Shown piece after piece: positions 1 through 14,615 of a stretch of 64,000 nt of DNA. Numbering within the stretch: the stretch's first letter is position 1; every line of letters begins with the position of its first letter. A program made the position numbers and the translations under genes. The stretch is taken from the NCBI GenBank assembly GCA_964016885.1, contig OZ024740.1:433876001-433940000 (forward strand), in the 5' to 3' direction. The DNA is from Eledone cirrhosa. Taxonomy: Eukaryota. The notes under the pieces were generated by a model. It was not told the origin of the DNA and did not search any database. It saw only the letters and a program-made list of their open reading frames with translations.

Positions 1-2269
1 AATATGTATGGTTGAGTGTATCCTTCTAATGTTACACTAAATATGTATGGTGGAGTGTATCCTACTAATGTTACACTAAATATGTATGGTGGAGTGTATC
101 CTACTAATGTTACACTAAATATGTATGGTGGAGTGTATCCTACTAATGTTTCACTAAATATGTATGGTGGAGTGTATCCTAAGGCTGTGTCCTACTAATG
201 TTACACTAAATATGTATGGTGGAGTGTATCCTAAGGCTGTGTCCTACTAATGTTACACTAAATATGTATGGTGGAGTGTATCCTACTAATGTTACACTAA
301 ATATGTATGGTGGAGTGTATCCTACTAATGTTACACTAAATATGTATGGTGGAGTGTATCCTACTAATGTTTCACTAAATATGTATGGTGGAGTGTATCC
401 TACTAATGTTACACTAAATATGTATGGTGGAGTGTATCCTACTAATGTTTCACTAAATATGTATGGTGGAGTGTATCCTACTAATGTTACACTAAATATG
501 TATGGTGGAGTGTATCCTACTAATGTTACACTAAATATGTATGGTGGAGTGTATCCTACTAATGTTACACTAAATATGTATGGTGGAGTGTATCCTAAGG
601 CTGTGTCCTACTAATGTTACACTAAATATGTATGGTGGAGTGTATCCTAAGGCTGTGTCCTACTAATGTTACACTAAATATGTATGGTGGAGTGTATCCT
701 ACTAATGTTACACTAAATATGTATGGTGGAGTCTATCCTACTAATGTTACACTAAATATGTATGGTGGAGTGTATCCTAAGGCTGTATCCTACTAATGTT
801 ACACTAAATATGTATGGTGGAGTGTATCCTAAGGCTGTATCCTACTAATGTTACACTAAATATGTATGGTGGAGTGTATCCTAAGGCTGTATCCTACTAA
901 TGTTACACTAAATATGTATGGTAGAGTGTATCCTACTAATGTTACACTAAATATGTATGGCGGAGTGTATCCTACTAATGTTACACTAAATATGTATGGT
1001 GGAGTCTATCCTACTAATGTTACACTAAATATGTATGGTGGAGTGTATCCTAAGGCTGTATCCTACTAATGTTACACTAAATATGTATGGTGGAGTGTAT
1101 CCTAAGGCTGTATCCTACTAATGTTACACTAAATATGTATGGTGGAGTGTATCCTACTAATGTTACACTAAATATGTATGGTGGAGTGTATCCTAAGGCT
1201 GTGTCCTACTAATGTTACACTAAATATGTATGGTGGAGTGTATCCTAAGGCTGTGTCCTACTAATGTTACACTAAATATGTATGGTGGAGTCTATCCTAA
1301 GGCTGTGTCCTACTAATGTTACACTAAATATGTATGGTGGAGTGTATCCTAAGGCTGTATCCTACTAATGTTACACTAAATATGTATGGTGGAGTCTATC
1401 CTAAGGCTGTATCCTACTAATGTTACACTAAATATGTATGGTGGAGTGTATCCTAAGGCTGTATCCTACTAATGTTACACTAAATATGTATGGTGGAGTG
1501 TATCCTAAGGCTGTGTCCTACTAATGTTACACTAAATATGTATGGTGGAGTGTATCCTAAGGCTGTGTCCTACTAATGTTACACTAAATATGTATGGTGG
1601 AGTGTATCCTACTAATGTTACACTAAACATGTATGGTGGAGTGTATCCTAAGGCTGTGTCCTACTAACGTTACACTAAATATGTATGGTGGAGTGTATCC
1701 TAAGGCTGTGTCCTACTAATGTGACACTAAATATGTATGGTGGAGTGTATCCTACTAATGTTACACTAAATATGTATGGTGGAGTGTATCCTACTAATGT
1801 TACACTAAATATGTATGGTGGAGTGTATCCTACTAATGTTACACTAAATATGTATGGTGGAGTGTATCCTAAGGCTGTGTCCTACTAATGTTACACTAAA
1901 TATGTATGGTGGAGTGTATCCTACTAATGTTACACTAAATATGTATGGTGGAGTGTATCCTACTAATGTTACACTAAACATGTATGGTGGAGTGTATCCT
2001 AAGGCTGTGTCCTACTAATGTTACACTAAATATGTATGGTGGAGTGTATCCTACTAATGTTACACTAAATATGTATGGTGGAGTGTATCCTACTAATGTT
2101 ACACTAAATATGTATGGTGGAGTGTATCCTACTAATGTTACACTAAACATGTATGGTGGAGTGTATCCTAAGGCTGTGTCCTACTAATGTTACACTAAAT
2201 ATGTATGGTGGAGTGTATCCTACTAATGTTACACTAAATAAGTATGGTGGAGTGTATCCTAAGGCTGTG

Positions 2270-3089
2270 TCCTACTAATGTTACACTAAATATGTATGGT
2301 GGAGTGTATCCTACTAATGTTACACTAAATATGTATGGTGGAGTGTATCCTACTAATGTTACACTAAATATGTATGGCGGAGTGTATCCTACTAATGTTA
2401 CACTAAATATTTATGGCGGAGTGTATCCTACTAATGTTACACTAAATATGTATGGCGGAGTGTATCCTACTAATGTTACACTAAATATGTATGGTGGAGT
2501 GTATCCTACTAATGTTACACTAAATATGTATGGCGGAGTGTATCCTACTAATGTTACACTAAATATGTATGGTGGAGTGTATCCTACTAATGTTACACTA
2601 AATATGTATGGTGGAGTGTATCCTACTAATGTTACACTAAATATGTATGGCGGAGTGTATCCTACTAATGTTACACTAAATATGTATGGCGGAGTGTATC
2701 CTACTAATGTTACACTAAATATGTATGGTGGAGTGTATCCTACTAATGTTACACTAAATATGTATGGTGGAGTGTATCCTACTAATGTTACACTAAATAT
2801 GTATGGCGGAGTGTATCCTACTAATGTTACACTAAATATGTATGGCGGAGTGTATCCTACTAATGTTACACTAAATATGTATGGCGGAGTGTATCCTACT
2901 AATGTTACACTAAATATGTATGGCGGAGTGTATCCTACTAATGTTACACTAAATATGTATGGCGGAGTGTATCCTACTAATGTTACACTAAATATGTATG
3001 GCGGAGTGTATCCTACTAATGTTACACTAAATATGTATGGTGGAGTGTATCCTACTAATGTTACACTAAACATGTATGGTGGAGTGTAT
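2270..3089 (+). repeat. Longest pure run of 39-bp monomers (~20 units), enriched in a GGCGG variant
   Basis: No CCTAAGG module between ~2270 and ~3090. Many units read ATGGCGGAG. This run produces the artefactual 288-aa and 220-aa ORFs. Confidence 0.9.
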
Positions 3090-6000
3090 CCTAAGGCTGT
3101 GTCCTACTAATGTTACACTAAATATGTATGGTGGAGTGTATCCTACTAATGTTACACTAAATATGTATGGTGGAGTGTATCCTAAGGCTGTGTCCTACTA
3201 ATGTTACACTAAATATGTATGGTGGAGTGTATCCTACTAATGTTACACTAAATATGTATGGTGGAGTGTATCCTACTAATGTTACACTAAACATGTATGG
3301 TGGAGTGTATCCTAAGGCGGTGTCCTACTAATGTTACACTAAATATGTATGGTGGAGTGTATCCTACTAATGTTACAATAAATATGTATGGTGGAGTGTA
3401 TCCTACTAATGTTACACTAAATATGTATGGTGGAGTGTATACTACTAATGTTACACTAAATATGTATGGCGGAGTGTATCCTACTAATGTTACACTAAAT
3501 ATGTATGGTGGAGTCTATCCTACTAATGTTACACTAAATATGTATGGTGGAGTGTATCCTAAGGCTGTATCCTACTAATGTTACACTAAATATGTATGGT
3601 GGAGTGTATCCTAAGGCTGTATCCTACTAGTGTTACACTAAATATGTATGGTGGAGTGTATCCTAAGGCTGTATCCTACTAATGTTACACTAAATATGTA
3701 TGGTAGAGTGTATCCTACTAATGTTACACTAAATATGTATGGCGGAGTGTATCCTACTAATGTTACACTAAATATGTATGGTGGAGTCTATCCTACTAAT
3801 GTTACACTAAATATGTATGGTGGAGTGTATCCTAAGGCTGTATCCTACTAATGTTACACTAAATATGTATGGTGGAGTGTATCCTAAGGCTGTATCCTAC
3901 TAATGTTACACTAAATATGTATGGTGGAGTGTATCCTACTAATGTTACACTAAATATGTATGGTGGAGTGTATCCTAAGGCTGTGTCCTACTAATGTTAC
4001 ACTAAATATGTATGGTGGAGTGTATCCTAAGGCTGTGTCCTACTAATGTTACACTAAACATGTATGGTGGAGTGTATCCTAAGGCTGTGTCCTACTAATG
4101 TTACACTAAATATGTATGGTGGAGTCTATCCTAAGGCTGTGTCCTACTAATGTTACACTAAATATGTATGGTGGAGTGTATCCTAAGGCTGTATCCTACT
4201 AATGTTACACTAAATATGTATGGTGGAGTCTATCCTAAGGCTGTATCCTAGTAATGTTACACTAAATATGTATGGTGGAGTGTATCCTAAGGCTGTGTCC
4301 TACTAATGTTACACTAAATATGTATGGTGGAGTGTATCCTAAGGCTGTGTCCTACTAATGTTACACTAAATATGTATGGTGGAGTGTATCCTACTAATGT
4401 TACACTAAATATGTATGGTGGAGTGTATCCTACTAATGTTACACTAAACATGTATGGTGGAGTGTATCCTAAGGCTGTGTCCTACTAACGTTACACTAAA
4501 TATGTATGGTGGAGTGTATCCTAAGGCTGTGTCCTACTAATGTTACACTAAATATGTATGGTGGAGTGTATCCTACTAATGTTACACTAAATATGTATGG
4601 TGGAGTGTATCCTAAGGCTGTATCCTACTAATGTTACACTAAATATGTATGGTGGAGTCTATCCTAAGGCGGTATCCTAGTAATGTTACAATAAATATGT
4701 ATGGTGGAGTGTATCCTAAGGCTGTGTCCTACTAATGTTACACTAAATATGTATGGTGGAGTGTATCCTAAGGCTGTGTCCTACTAATGTTACACTAAAT
4801 ATGTATGGTGGAGTGTATCCTACTAATGTTACACTAAATATGTATGGTGGAGTGTATCCTACTAATGTTACACTAAATATGTATGGTGGAGTGTATCCTA
4901 CTAATGTTACACTAAATATGTATGGTGGAGTGTATCCTAAGGCTGTGTCCTACTAATGTTACACTAAATATGTATGGTGGAGTGTATCCTACTAATGTTA
5001 CTCTAAATATGTATGGTGGAGTGTATCCTACTAATGTTACACTAAACATGTATGGTGGAGTGTATCCTAAGGCTGTGTCCTACTAATGTTACACTAAATA
5101 TGTATGGTGGAGTGTATCCTACTAATGTTACACTAAATATGTATGGTGGAGTGTATCCTACTAATGTTACACTAAATATGTATGGTGGAGTGTATCCTAC
5201 TAATGTTACACTAAACATGTATGGTGGAGTGTATCCTAAGGCTGTGTCCTACTAATGTTACACTAAATATGTATGGTGGAGTGTATCCTACTAATGTTAC
5301 ACTAAATATGTATGGTGGAGTGTATCCTAAGGCTGTGTCCTACTAATGTTACACTAAATATGTATGGTGGAGTGTATCCTACTAATGTTACACTAAATAT
5401 GTATGGTGGAGTGTATCCTACTAATGTTACACTAAACATGTATGGTGGAGTGTATCCTAAGGCTGTGTCCTACTAATGTTACACTAAATATGTATGGTGG
5501 AGTGTATCCTACTAATGTTACACTAAATATGTATGGTGGAGTGTATCCTAAGGCTGTGTCCTACTAATGTTACACTAAATATGTATGGTGGAGTGTATCC
5601 TACTAATGTTACACTAAATATGTATGGTGGAGTGTATCCTACTAATGTTACACTAAACATGTATGGTGGAGTGTATCCTAAGGCGGTGTCCTACTAATGT
5701 TACACTAAATATGTATGGTGGAGTGTATCCTACTAATGTTACAATAAATATGTATGGTGGAGTGTATCCTACTAATGTTACACTAAATATGTATGGTGGA
5801 GTGTATCCTACTAATGTTACACTAAACATGTATGGTGGAGTGTATCCTAAGGCTGTGTCCTACTAATGTTACACTAAATATGTATGGTGGAGTGTATCCT
5901 AAGGCTGTGTCCTACTAATGTTACACTAAATATGTATGGTGGAGTGTATCCTAAGGCTGTGTCCTACTAATGTTACACTAAATATGTATGGTGGAGTGTA

Positions 6001-9000
6001 TCCTACTAATGTTACACTAAATATGTATGGTGGAGTGTATCCTAAGGCTGTGTCCTACTAATGTTACACTAAATATGTATGGTGGAGTGTATCCTAAGGC
6101 TGTGTCCTACTAATGTTACACTAAATATGTATGGTGGAGTGTATCCTACTAATGTTACACTAAATATGTATGGTGGAGTGTATCCTACTAATGTTACACT
6201 AAATATGTATGGTGGAGTGTATCCTAAGGCTGTATCCTACTAATGTTACACTAAATATGTATGGTGGAGTGTATCCTAAGGCTGTGTCCTACTAATGTTA
6301 CACTAAATATGTATGGTGGAGTGTATCCTAAGGCTGTGTCCTACTAATGTTACACTAAATATGTATGGTGGAGTGTATCCTAAGGCTGTGTCCTACTAAT
6401 GTTACACTAAATATGTATGGTGGAGTGTATCCTAAGGCTGTGTCCTACTAATGTTACACTAAATATGTATGGTGGAGTGTATCCTAAGGCTGTGTCCTAC
6501 TAATGTTACACTAAATATGTATGGTGGAGTGTATCCTAAGGCTGTGTCCTACTAATGTTACACTAAATATGTATGGTGGAGTGTATCCTACTAATGTTAC
6601 ACTAAATATGTATGGTGGAGTGTATCCTAAGGCTGTGTCCTACTAATGTTACACTAAATATGTATGGTGGAGTGTATCCTAAGGCTGTGTCCTACTAATG
6701 TTACACTAAATATGTATGGTGGAGTGTATCCTACTAATGTTACACTAAATATGTATGCTGAAGTGTATCCTACTAATGTTACACTAAATATGTATGGTGG
6801 AGTGTATCCTACTAATGTTACACTAAATATGTATGGTGGAGTGTATCCTAAGGCTGTGTCCTACTAATGTTACACTAAATATGTATGGTGGAGTGTATCC
6901 TACTAATGTTACACTAAATATGTATGGTGGAGTGTATCCTAAGGCTGTGTCCTACTAATGTTACACTAAATATGTATGGTGGAGTGTATCCTAAGGCTGT
7001 GTCCTACTAATGTTACACAAAATATGTATGGTGGAGTGTATTCTAAGGCTGTGTCCTACTAATGTTACACTAAATATGTATGGTGGAGTGTATCCTAAGG
7101 CTGTGTCCTACTAATGTTACACTAAATATGTATGGTGGAGTGTATCCTACTAATGTTACACTAAATATGTATGGTGGAGTGTATCCTACTAATGTTACAC
7201 TAAATATGTATGGTGGAGTGTATCCTACTAATGTTACACTAAATATGTATGGTGGAGTGTATCCTAAGGCTGTGTCCTACTAATGTTATACTAAATATGT
7301 ATGGTGGAGTGTATCCTACTAATGTTACACTAAATATGTATGGTGGAGTGTATCCTACTAATGTTACACTAAATATGTATGGTGGAGTGTATCCTACTAA
7401 TGTTACACTAAATATGTATGGTGGAGTGTATCCTACTAATGTTACACTAAATATGTATGGTGGAGTGTATCCTACTAATGTTACACTAAATATGTATGGT
7501 GGAGTGTATCCTACTAATGTTACACTAAATATGTATGGTGGAGTGTATCCTACTAATGTTACACTAAATATGTATGGTGGAGTGTATCCTAAGGCTGTGT
7601 CCTACTAATGTTACACTAAATATGTATGGTGGAGTGTATCCTAAGGCTGTGTCCTACTAATGTTACACTAAATATGTATGGTGGAGTGTATCCTACTAAT
7701 GTTACACTAAATATGTATGGTGGAGTGTATCCTAAGGCTGTGTCCTTCTAATGTTACACTAAATATGTATGGTGGAGTGTATCCTACTAATGTTACACTA
7801 AATATGTATGGTGGAGTGTATCCTACTAATGTTACACTAAATATGTATGGTGGAGTGTATCCTACTAATGTTACACTAAATATGTATGGTGGAGTGTATC
7901 CTACTAATGTTACACTAAATATGTATGGTGGAGTGTATCCTAAGGCTGTGTCCTACTAATGTTACACTAAATATGTATGGTGGAGTGTATCCTACTAATG
8001 TTACACTAAATATGTATGGTGGAGTGTATCCTACTAATGTTACACTAAATATGTATGGTGGAGTGTATCCTACTAATGTTACACTAAATATGTATGGTGG
8101 AGTGTATCCTACTAATGTTACACTAAATATGTATGGTGGAGTGTATCCTAAGGCTGTGTCCTACTAATGTTACACTAAATATGTATGGTGGAGTGTATCC
8201 TACTAATGTTACACTAAATATGTATGGTGGAGTGTATCCTACTAATGTTACACTAAATATGTATGGTGGAGTGTATCCTACTAATGTTACACTAAATATG
8301 TATGGTGGAGTGTATCCTACTAATGTTACACTAAATATGTATGGTGGAGTGTATCCTACTAATGTTACACTAAATATGTAAGGTGGAGTGTATCCTAAGG
8401 CTGTGTCCTACTAATGTTACACTAAATATGTATGGTGGAGTGTATCCTAAGGCTGTGTCCTACTAATGTTACACTAAATATGTATGGTGGAGTGTATCCT
8501 ACTAATGTTACACTAAATATGTATGGTGGAGTGTATCCTAAGGCTGTGTCCTACTAATGTTACACTAAATATGTATGGTTGAGTGTATCCTACTAATGTT
8601 ACACTAAATATGTATGGTGGAGTGTATCCTACTAATGTTACACTAAATATGTATGGTGGAGTGTATCCTACTAATGTTACACTAAATATGTATGGTGGAG
8701 TGTATCCTACTAATGTTTCACTAAATATGTATGGTGGAGTGTATCCTAAGGCTGTGTCCTACTAATGTTACACTAAATATGTATGGTGGAGTGTATCCTA
8801 AGGCTGTGTCCTACTAATGTTACACTAAATATGTATGGTGGAGTGTATCCTACTAATGTTACACTAAATATGTATGGTGGAGTGTATCCTACTAATGTTA
8901 CACTAAATATGTATGGTGGAGTGTATCCTACTAATGTTTCACTAAATATGTATGGTGGAGTGTATCCTACTAATGTTACACTAAATATGTATGGTGGAGT

Positions 9001-10049
9001 GTATCCTACTAATGTTTCACTAAATATGTATGGTGGAGTGTATCCTACTAATGTTACACTAAATATGTATGGTGGAGTGTATCCTACTAATGTTACACTA
9101 AATATGTATGGTGGAGTGTATCCTACTAATGTTACACTAAATATGTATGGTGGAGTGTATCCTAAGGCTGTGTCCTACTAATGTTACACTAAATATGTAT
9201 GGTGGAGTGTATCCTAAGGCTGTGTCCTACTAATGTTACACTAAATATGTATGGTGGAGTGTATCCTAAGGCTGTGTCCTACTAATGTTACACTAAATAT
9301 GTATGGTGGAGTGTATCCTAAGGCTGTGTCCTACTAACGTTACACTAAATATGTATGCTGGAGTGTATCCTAAGGCTGTGTCCTACTAATGTTACACTAA
9401 ATATGTATGGTGGAGTGTATCCTACTAATGTTACACTAAATATGTATGGTGGAGTGTATCCTAAGGCTGTGTCCTACTAATGTTACACTAAATATGTATG
9501 GTGGAGTGTATCCTACTAATGTTACACTAAATATGTATGGTGGAGTGTATCCTAAGGCTGTGTCCTACTAATGTTACACTAAACATGTATGGTGGAGTGT
9601 ATCCTAAGGCTGTGTCCTACTAATGTTACACTAAATATGTATGGTGGAGTGTATCCTAAGGCTGTGTCCTACTAATGTTACACTAAACATGTATGGTGGA
9701 GTGTATCCTAAGGCTGTGTCCTACTAATGTTACACTAAATATGTATGGTGGCGTGTATCCTACTAATGTTACACTAAATATGTATGGTGGAGTGTATCCT
9801 AAGGCTGTGTCCTACTAATGTTACACTAAATATGTATGGTGGAGTGTATCCTACTAATGTTACACTAAATATGTATGGTGGAGTGTATCCTACTAATGTT
9901 ACACTAAATATGTATGGTGGAGTGTATCCTAAGGCTGTGTCCTACTAATGTTACACTAAATATGTATGGTGGAGTGTATCCTAAGGCTGTGTCCTACTAA
10001 TGTTACACTAAATATGTATGGTGGAGTGTATCCTAAGGCTGTGTCCTAC

Positions 10050-13000
10050 TAATGTTACACTAAATATGTATGGTGGAGTGTATCCTAAGGCTGTGTCCTA
10101 CTAATGTTACACTAAATATGTATGGTGGAGTGTATCCTAAGGCTGTGTCCTACTAATGTTACACTAAATATGTATGGTGGAGTGTATCCTACTAATGTTA
10201 CACTAAATATGTATGGTGGAGTGTATCCTAAGGCTGTCTCTACTAATGTTACACTAAATATGTATGGTGGAGTGTATCCTAAGGCTGTGTCCTACTAATG
10301 TTACACTAAATATGTATGGTGGAGTGTATCCTAAGGCTGTGTCCTACTAATGTTACACTAAATATGTATGGTGGAGTGTATCCTACTAATGTTACACTAA
10401 ATATGTATGGTGGAGTGTATCCTACTAATGTTACACTAAATATGTATGGTGGAGTGTATCCTAAGGCTGTCTCTACTAATGTTACACTAAATATGTATGG
10501 TGGAGTGTATCCTAAGGCTGTGTCCTACTAATGTTACACTAAATATGTATGGTGGAGTGCATCCTAAGGCTGTGTCCTACTAATGTTACACTAAATATGT
10601 ATGGTGGAGTGTATCCTACTAATGTTACACTAAATATGTATGGTGGAGTGTATCCTAAGGCTGTCTCTACTAATGTTACACTAAATATGTATGGTGGAGT
10701 GTATCCTAAGGCTGTGTCCTACTAATGTTACACTAAATATGTATGGTGGAGTGTATCCTAAGGCTGTTTCCTACTAATGTTACACTAAATATGTATGGTG
10801 GAGTGTATCCTAAGGCTGTGTCCTACTAATGTTACACTAAATATGTATGGTGGAGTGTATCCTACTAATGTTACACTAAATATGTATGGTGGAGTGTATC
10901 CTAAGGCTGTGTCCTACTAATGTTACACTAAATATGTATGGTGGAGTGTATCCTACTAATGTAACACTAAATATGTATGGTGGAGTGTATCCTACTAATG
11001 TTACACTAAATATGTATGGTGGAGTGTATCCTAAGGCTGTGTCCTACTAATGTTACACTAAATATGTATGGTGGAGTGTATCCTAAGGCTGTCTCTACTA
11101 ATGTTACACTAAATATGTATGGTGGAGTGTATCCTAAGGCTGTGTCCTACTAATATTACACTAAATATGTATGGTGGAGTGTATCCTAAGGCTGTATCCT
11201 ACTAATGTTACACTAAACATGTATGGTGGAGTGTATCCTACTAATGTTACACTAAATATGTATGGTGGAGTGTATCCTAAGGCTGTCTCTACTAATGTTA
11301 CACTAAATATGTATCGTGGAGTGTATCCTAAGGCTGTATCCTACTAATGTTACACTAAATATGTATGGTGGAGTGTATCCTAAGGCTGTCTCTACTAATG
11401 TTACACTAAATATGTATGGTGGAGTGTATCCTAAGGCTGTATCCTACTAATGTTACACTAAACATGAATGGTGGAGTGTATCCTACTAATGTTACACTAA
11501 ATATGTATGGTGGAGTGTATCCTAAGGCTGTCTCTACTAATGTTACACTAAATATGTATGGTGGAGTGTATCCTAAGGCTGTGTCCTACTAATGTTACAC
11601 TAAACATGTATGGTGGAGTGTATCCTAAGGCTGTATCCTACTAATGTTACACTAAACATGTATGGTGGAGTGTATCCTAAGGCTGTGTCCTACTAATGTT
11701 ACACTAAATATGTATGGTGGAGTGTATCCTACTAATGTTACACTAAATATGTATGGTGGAGTGTATCCTACTAATGTTACACTAAATATGTATTGTGGAG
11801 TGTATCCTAAGGCTGTGTCCTACTAATGTTACACTAAATATGTATGGTGGAGTGTATCCTAAGGCTGTGTCCTACTAATGTTACACTAAATATGTATGGT
11901 GGAGTGTATCCTACTAATGTTACACTAAATATGTATGGTGGAGTGTATCCTAAGGCTGTATCCTACTAATGTTACACTAAGTATGTATGGTGGAGTCTAT
12001 CCTAAGGCTGTCTCTACTAATGTTACACTAAATATGTATGGTGGAGTGTATCCTACTAATGTTACACTAAATATGTATGGTGGAGTGTATCCTAAGGCTG
12101 TATCCTACTAATGTTACACTAAGTATGTATGGTGGAGTCTATCCTAAGGCTGTCTCTACTAATGTTACACTAAATATGTATGGTGGAGTGTATCCTAAGG
12201 CTGTATCCTACTAATGTTACACTAAGTATGTATGGTGGAGTCTATCCTAAGGCTGTCTCTACTAATGTTACACTAAATATGTATGGTGGAGTGTATCCTA
12301 AGGCTGTATCCTACTAATGTTACACTAAGTATGTATGGTGGAGTCTATCCTAAGGCTGTCTCTACTAATGTTACACTAAATATGTATGGTGGAGTGTATC
12401 CTACTAATGTTACACTAAATATGTATGGTGGAGTGTATCCTAAGGCTGTGTCCTACTAATGTTACACTAAATATGTATGGTGGAGTGTATCCTAAGGCTG
12501 TGTCCTACTAATGTTACACTAAATATGTATGGTGGAGTGTATCCTACTAATGTTACACTAAATATGTATGGTGGAGTGTATCCTAAGGCTGTCTCTACTA
12601 ATGTTACACTAAATATGTATGGTGGAGTGTATCCTAAGGCTGTGTCCTACTAATGTTACACTAAATATGTATGGTGGAGTGTATCCTAAGGCTGTGTCCT
12701 ACTAATGTTACACTAAATATGTATGGTGGAGTGTATCCTACTAATGTTACACTAAATATGTATGGTGGAGTGTATCCTACTAATGTTACACTAAATATGT
12801 ATGGTGGAGTGTATCCTAAGGCTGTCTCTACTAATGTTACACTAAATATGTATGGTGGAGTGTATCCTAAGGCTGTGTCCTACTAATGTTACACTAAATA
12901 TGTATGGTGGAGTGCATCCTAAGGCTGTATCCTACTAATGTTACACTAAATATGTATGGTGGAGTGTATCCTACTAATGTTACACTAAATATGTATGGTG

Positions 13001-14615
13001 GAGTGTATCCTAAGGCTGTCTCTACTAATGTTACACTAAATATGTATGGTGGAGTGTATCCTAAGGCTGTGTCCTACTAATGTTACACTAAATATGTATG
13101 GTGGAGTGTATCCTAAGGCTGTTTCCTACTAATGTTACACTAAATATGTATGGTGGAGTGTATCCTAAGGCTGTGTCCTACTAATGTTACACTAAATATG
13201 TATGGTGGAGTGTATCCTACTAATGTTACACTAAATATGTATGGTGGAGTGTATCCTAAGGCTGTGTCCTACTAATGTTACACTAAATATGTATGGTGGA
13301 GTGTATCCTACTAATGTAACACTAAATATGTATGGTGGAGTGTATCCTACTAATGTTACACTAAATATGTATGGTGGAGTGTATCCTAAGGCTGTGTCCT
13401 ACTAATGTTACACTAAATATGTATGGTGGAGTGTATCCTAAGGCTGTCTCTACTAATGTTACACTAAATATGTATGGTGGAGTGTATCCTAAGGCTGTGT
13501 CCTACTAATATTACACTAAATATGTATGGTGGAGTGTATCCTAAGGCTGTATCCTACTAATGTTACACTAAACATGTATGGTGGAGTGTATCCTACTAAT
13601 GTTACACTAAATATGTATGGTGGAGTGTATCCTAAGGCTGTCTCTACTAATGTTACACTAAATATGTATCGTGGAGTGTATCCTAAGGCTGTATCCTACT
13701 AATGTTACACTAAATATGTATGGTGGAGTGTATCCTAAGGCTGTCTCTACTAATGTTACACTAAATATGTATGGTGGAGTGTATCCTAAGGCTGTATCCT
13801 ACTAATGTTACACTAAACATGAATGGTGGAGTGTATCCTACTAATGTTACACTAAATATGTATGGTGGAGTGTATCCTAAGGCTGTCTCTACTAATGTTA
13901 CACTAAATATGTATGGTGGAGTGTATCCTAAGGCTGTGTCCTACTAATGTTACACTAAACATGTATGGTGGAGTGTATCCTAAGGCTGTATCCTACTAAT
14001 GTTACACTAAACATGTATGGTGGAGTGTATCCTAAGGCTGTGTCCTACTAATGTTACACTAAATATGTATGGTGGAGTGTATCCTACTAATGTTACACTA
14101 AATATGTATGGTGGAGTGTATCCTACTAATGTTACACTAAATATGTATTGTGGAGTGTATCCTAAGGCTGTGTCCTACTAATGTTACACTAAATATGTAT
14201 GGTGGAGTGTATCCTAAGGCTGTGTCCTACTAATGTTACACTAAATATGTATGGTGGAGTGTATCCTACTAATGTTACACTAAATATGTATGGTGGAGTG
14301 TATCCTAAGGCTGTATCCTACTAATGTTACACTAAGTATGTATGGTGGAGTCTATCCTAAGGCTGTCTCTACTAATGTTACACTAAATATGTATGGTGGA
14401 GTGTATCCTACTAATGTTACACTAAATATGTATGGTGGAGTGTATCCTAAGGCTGTATCCTACTAATGTTACACTAAGTATGTATGGTGGAGTCTATCCT
14501 AAGGCTGTCTCTACTAATGTTACACTAAATATGTATGGTGGAGTGTATCCTAAGGCTGTATCCTACTAATGTTACACTAAGTATGTATGGTGGAGTTTAT
14601 CCTAAGGCTGTCTCT
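10050..14615 (+). repeat. 2355-bp tandem duplication (two-copy higher-order repeat); boundaries approximate
   Basis: Rare variants recur at an exact 2355-bp offset: GAGTGCAT (C at 10560/12915), GTATCGTGG (11311/13666), CATGAATGG (11463/13818). ORF track: 10316/12671. Confidence 0.9.

Noticed and set aside
2370-3010. CpG-bearing variants (GGCGG, AACGT, TACGC) as proof of ancestral methylation decay
   Set aside because: Any transition that creates a CpG arises from TG or CA, so the direction cannot be inferred without an outgroup.
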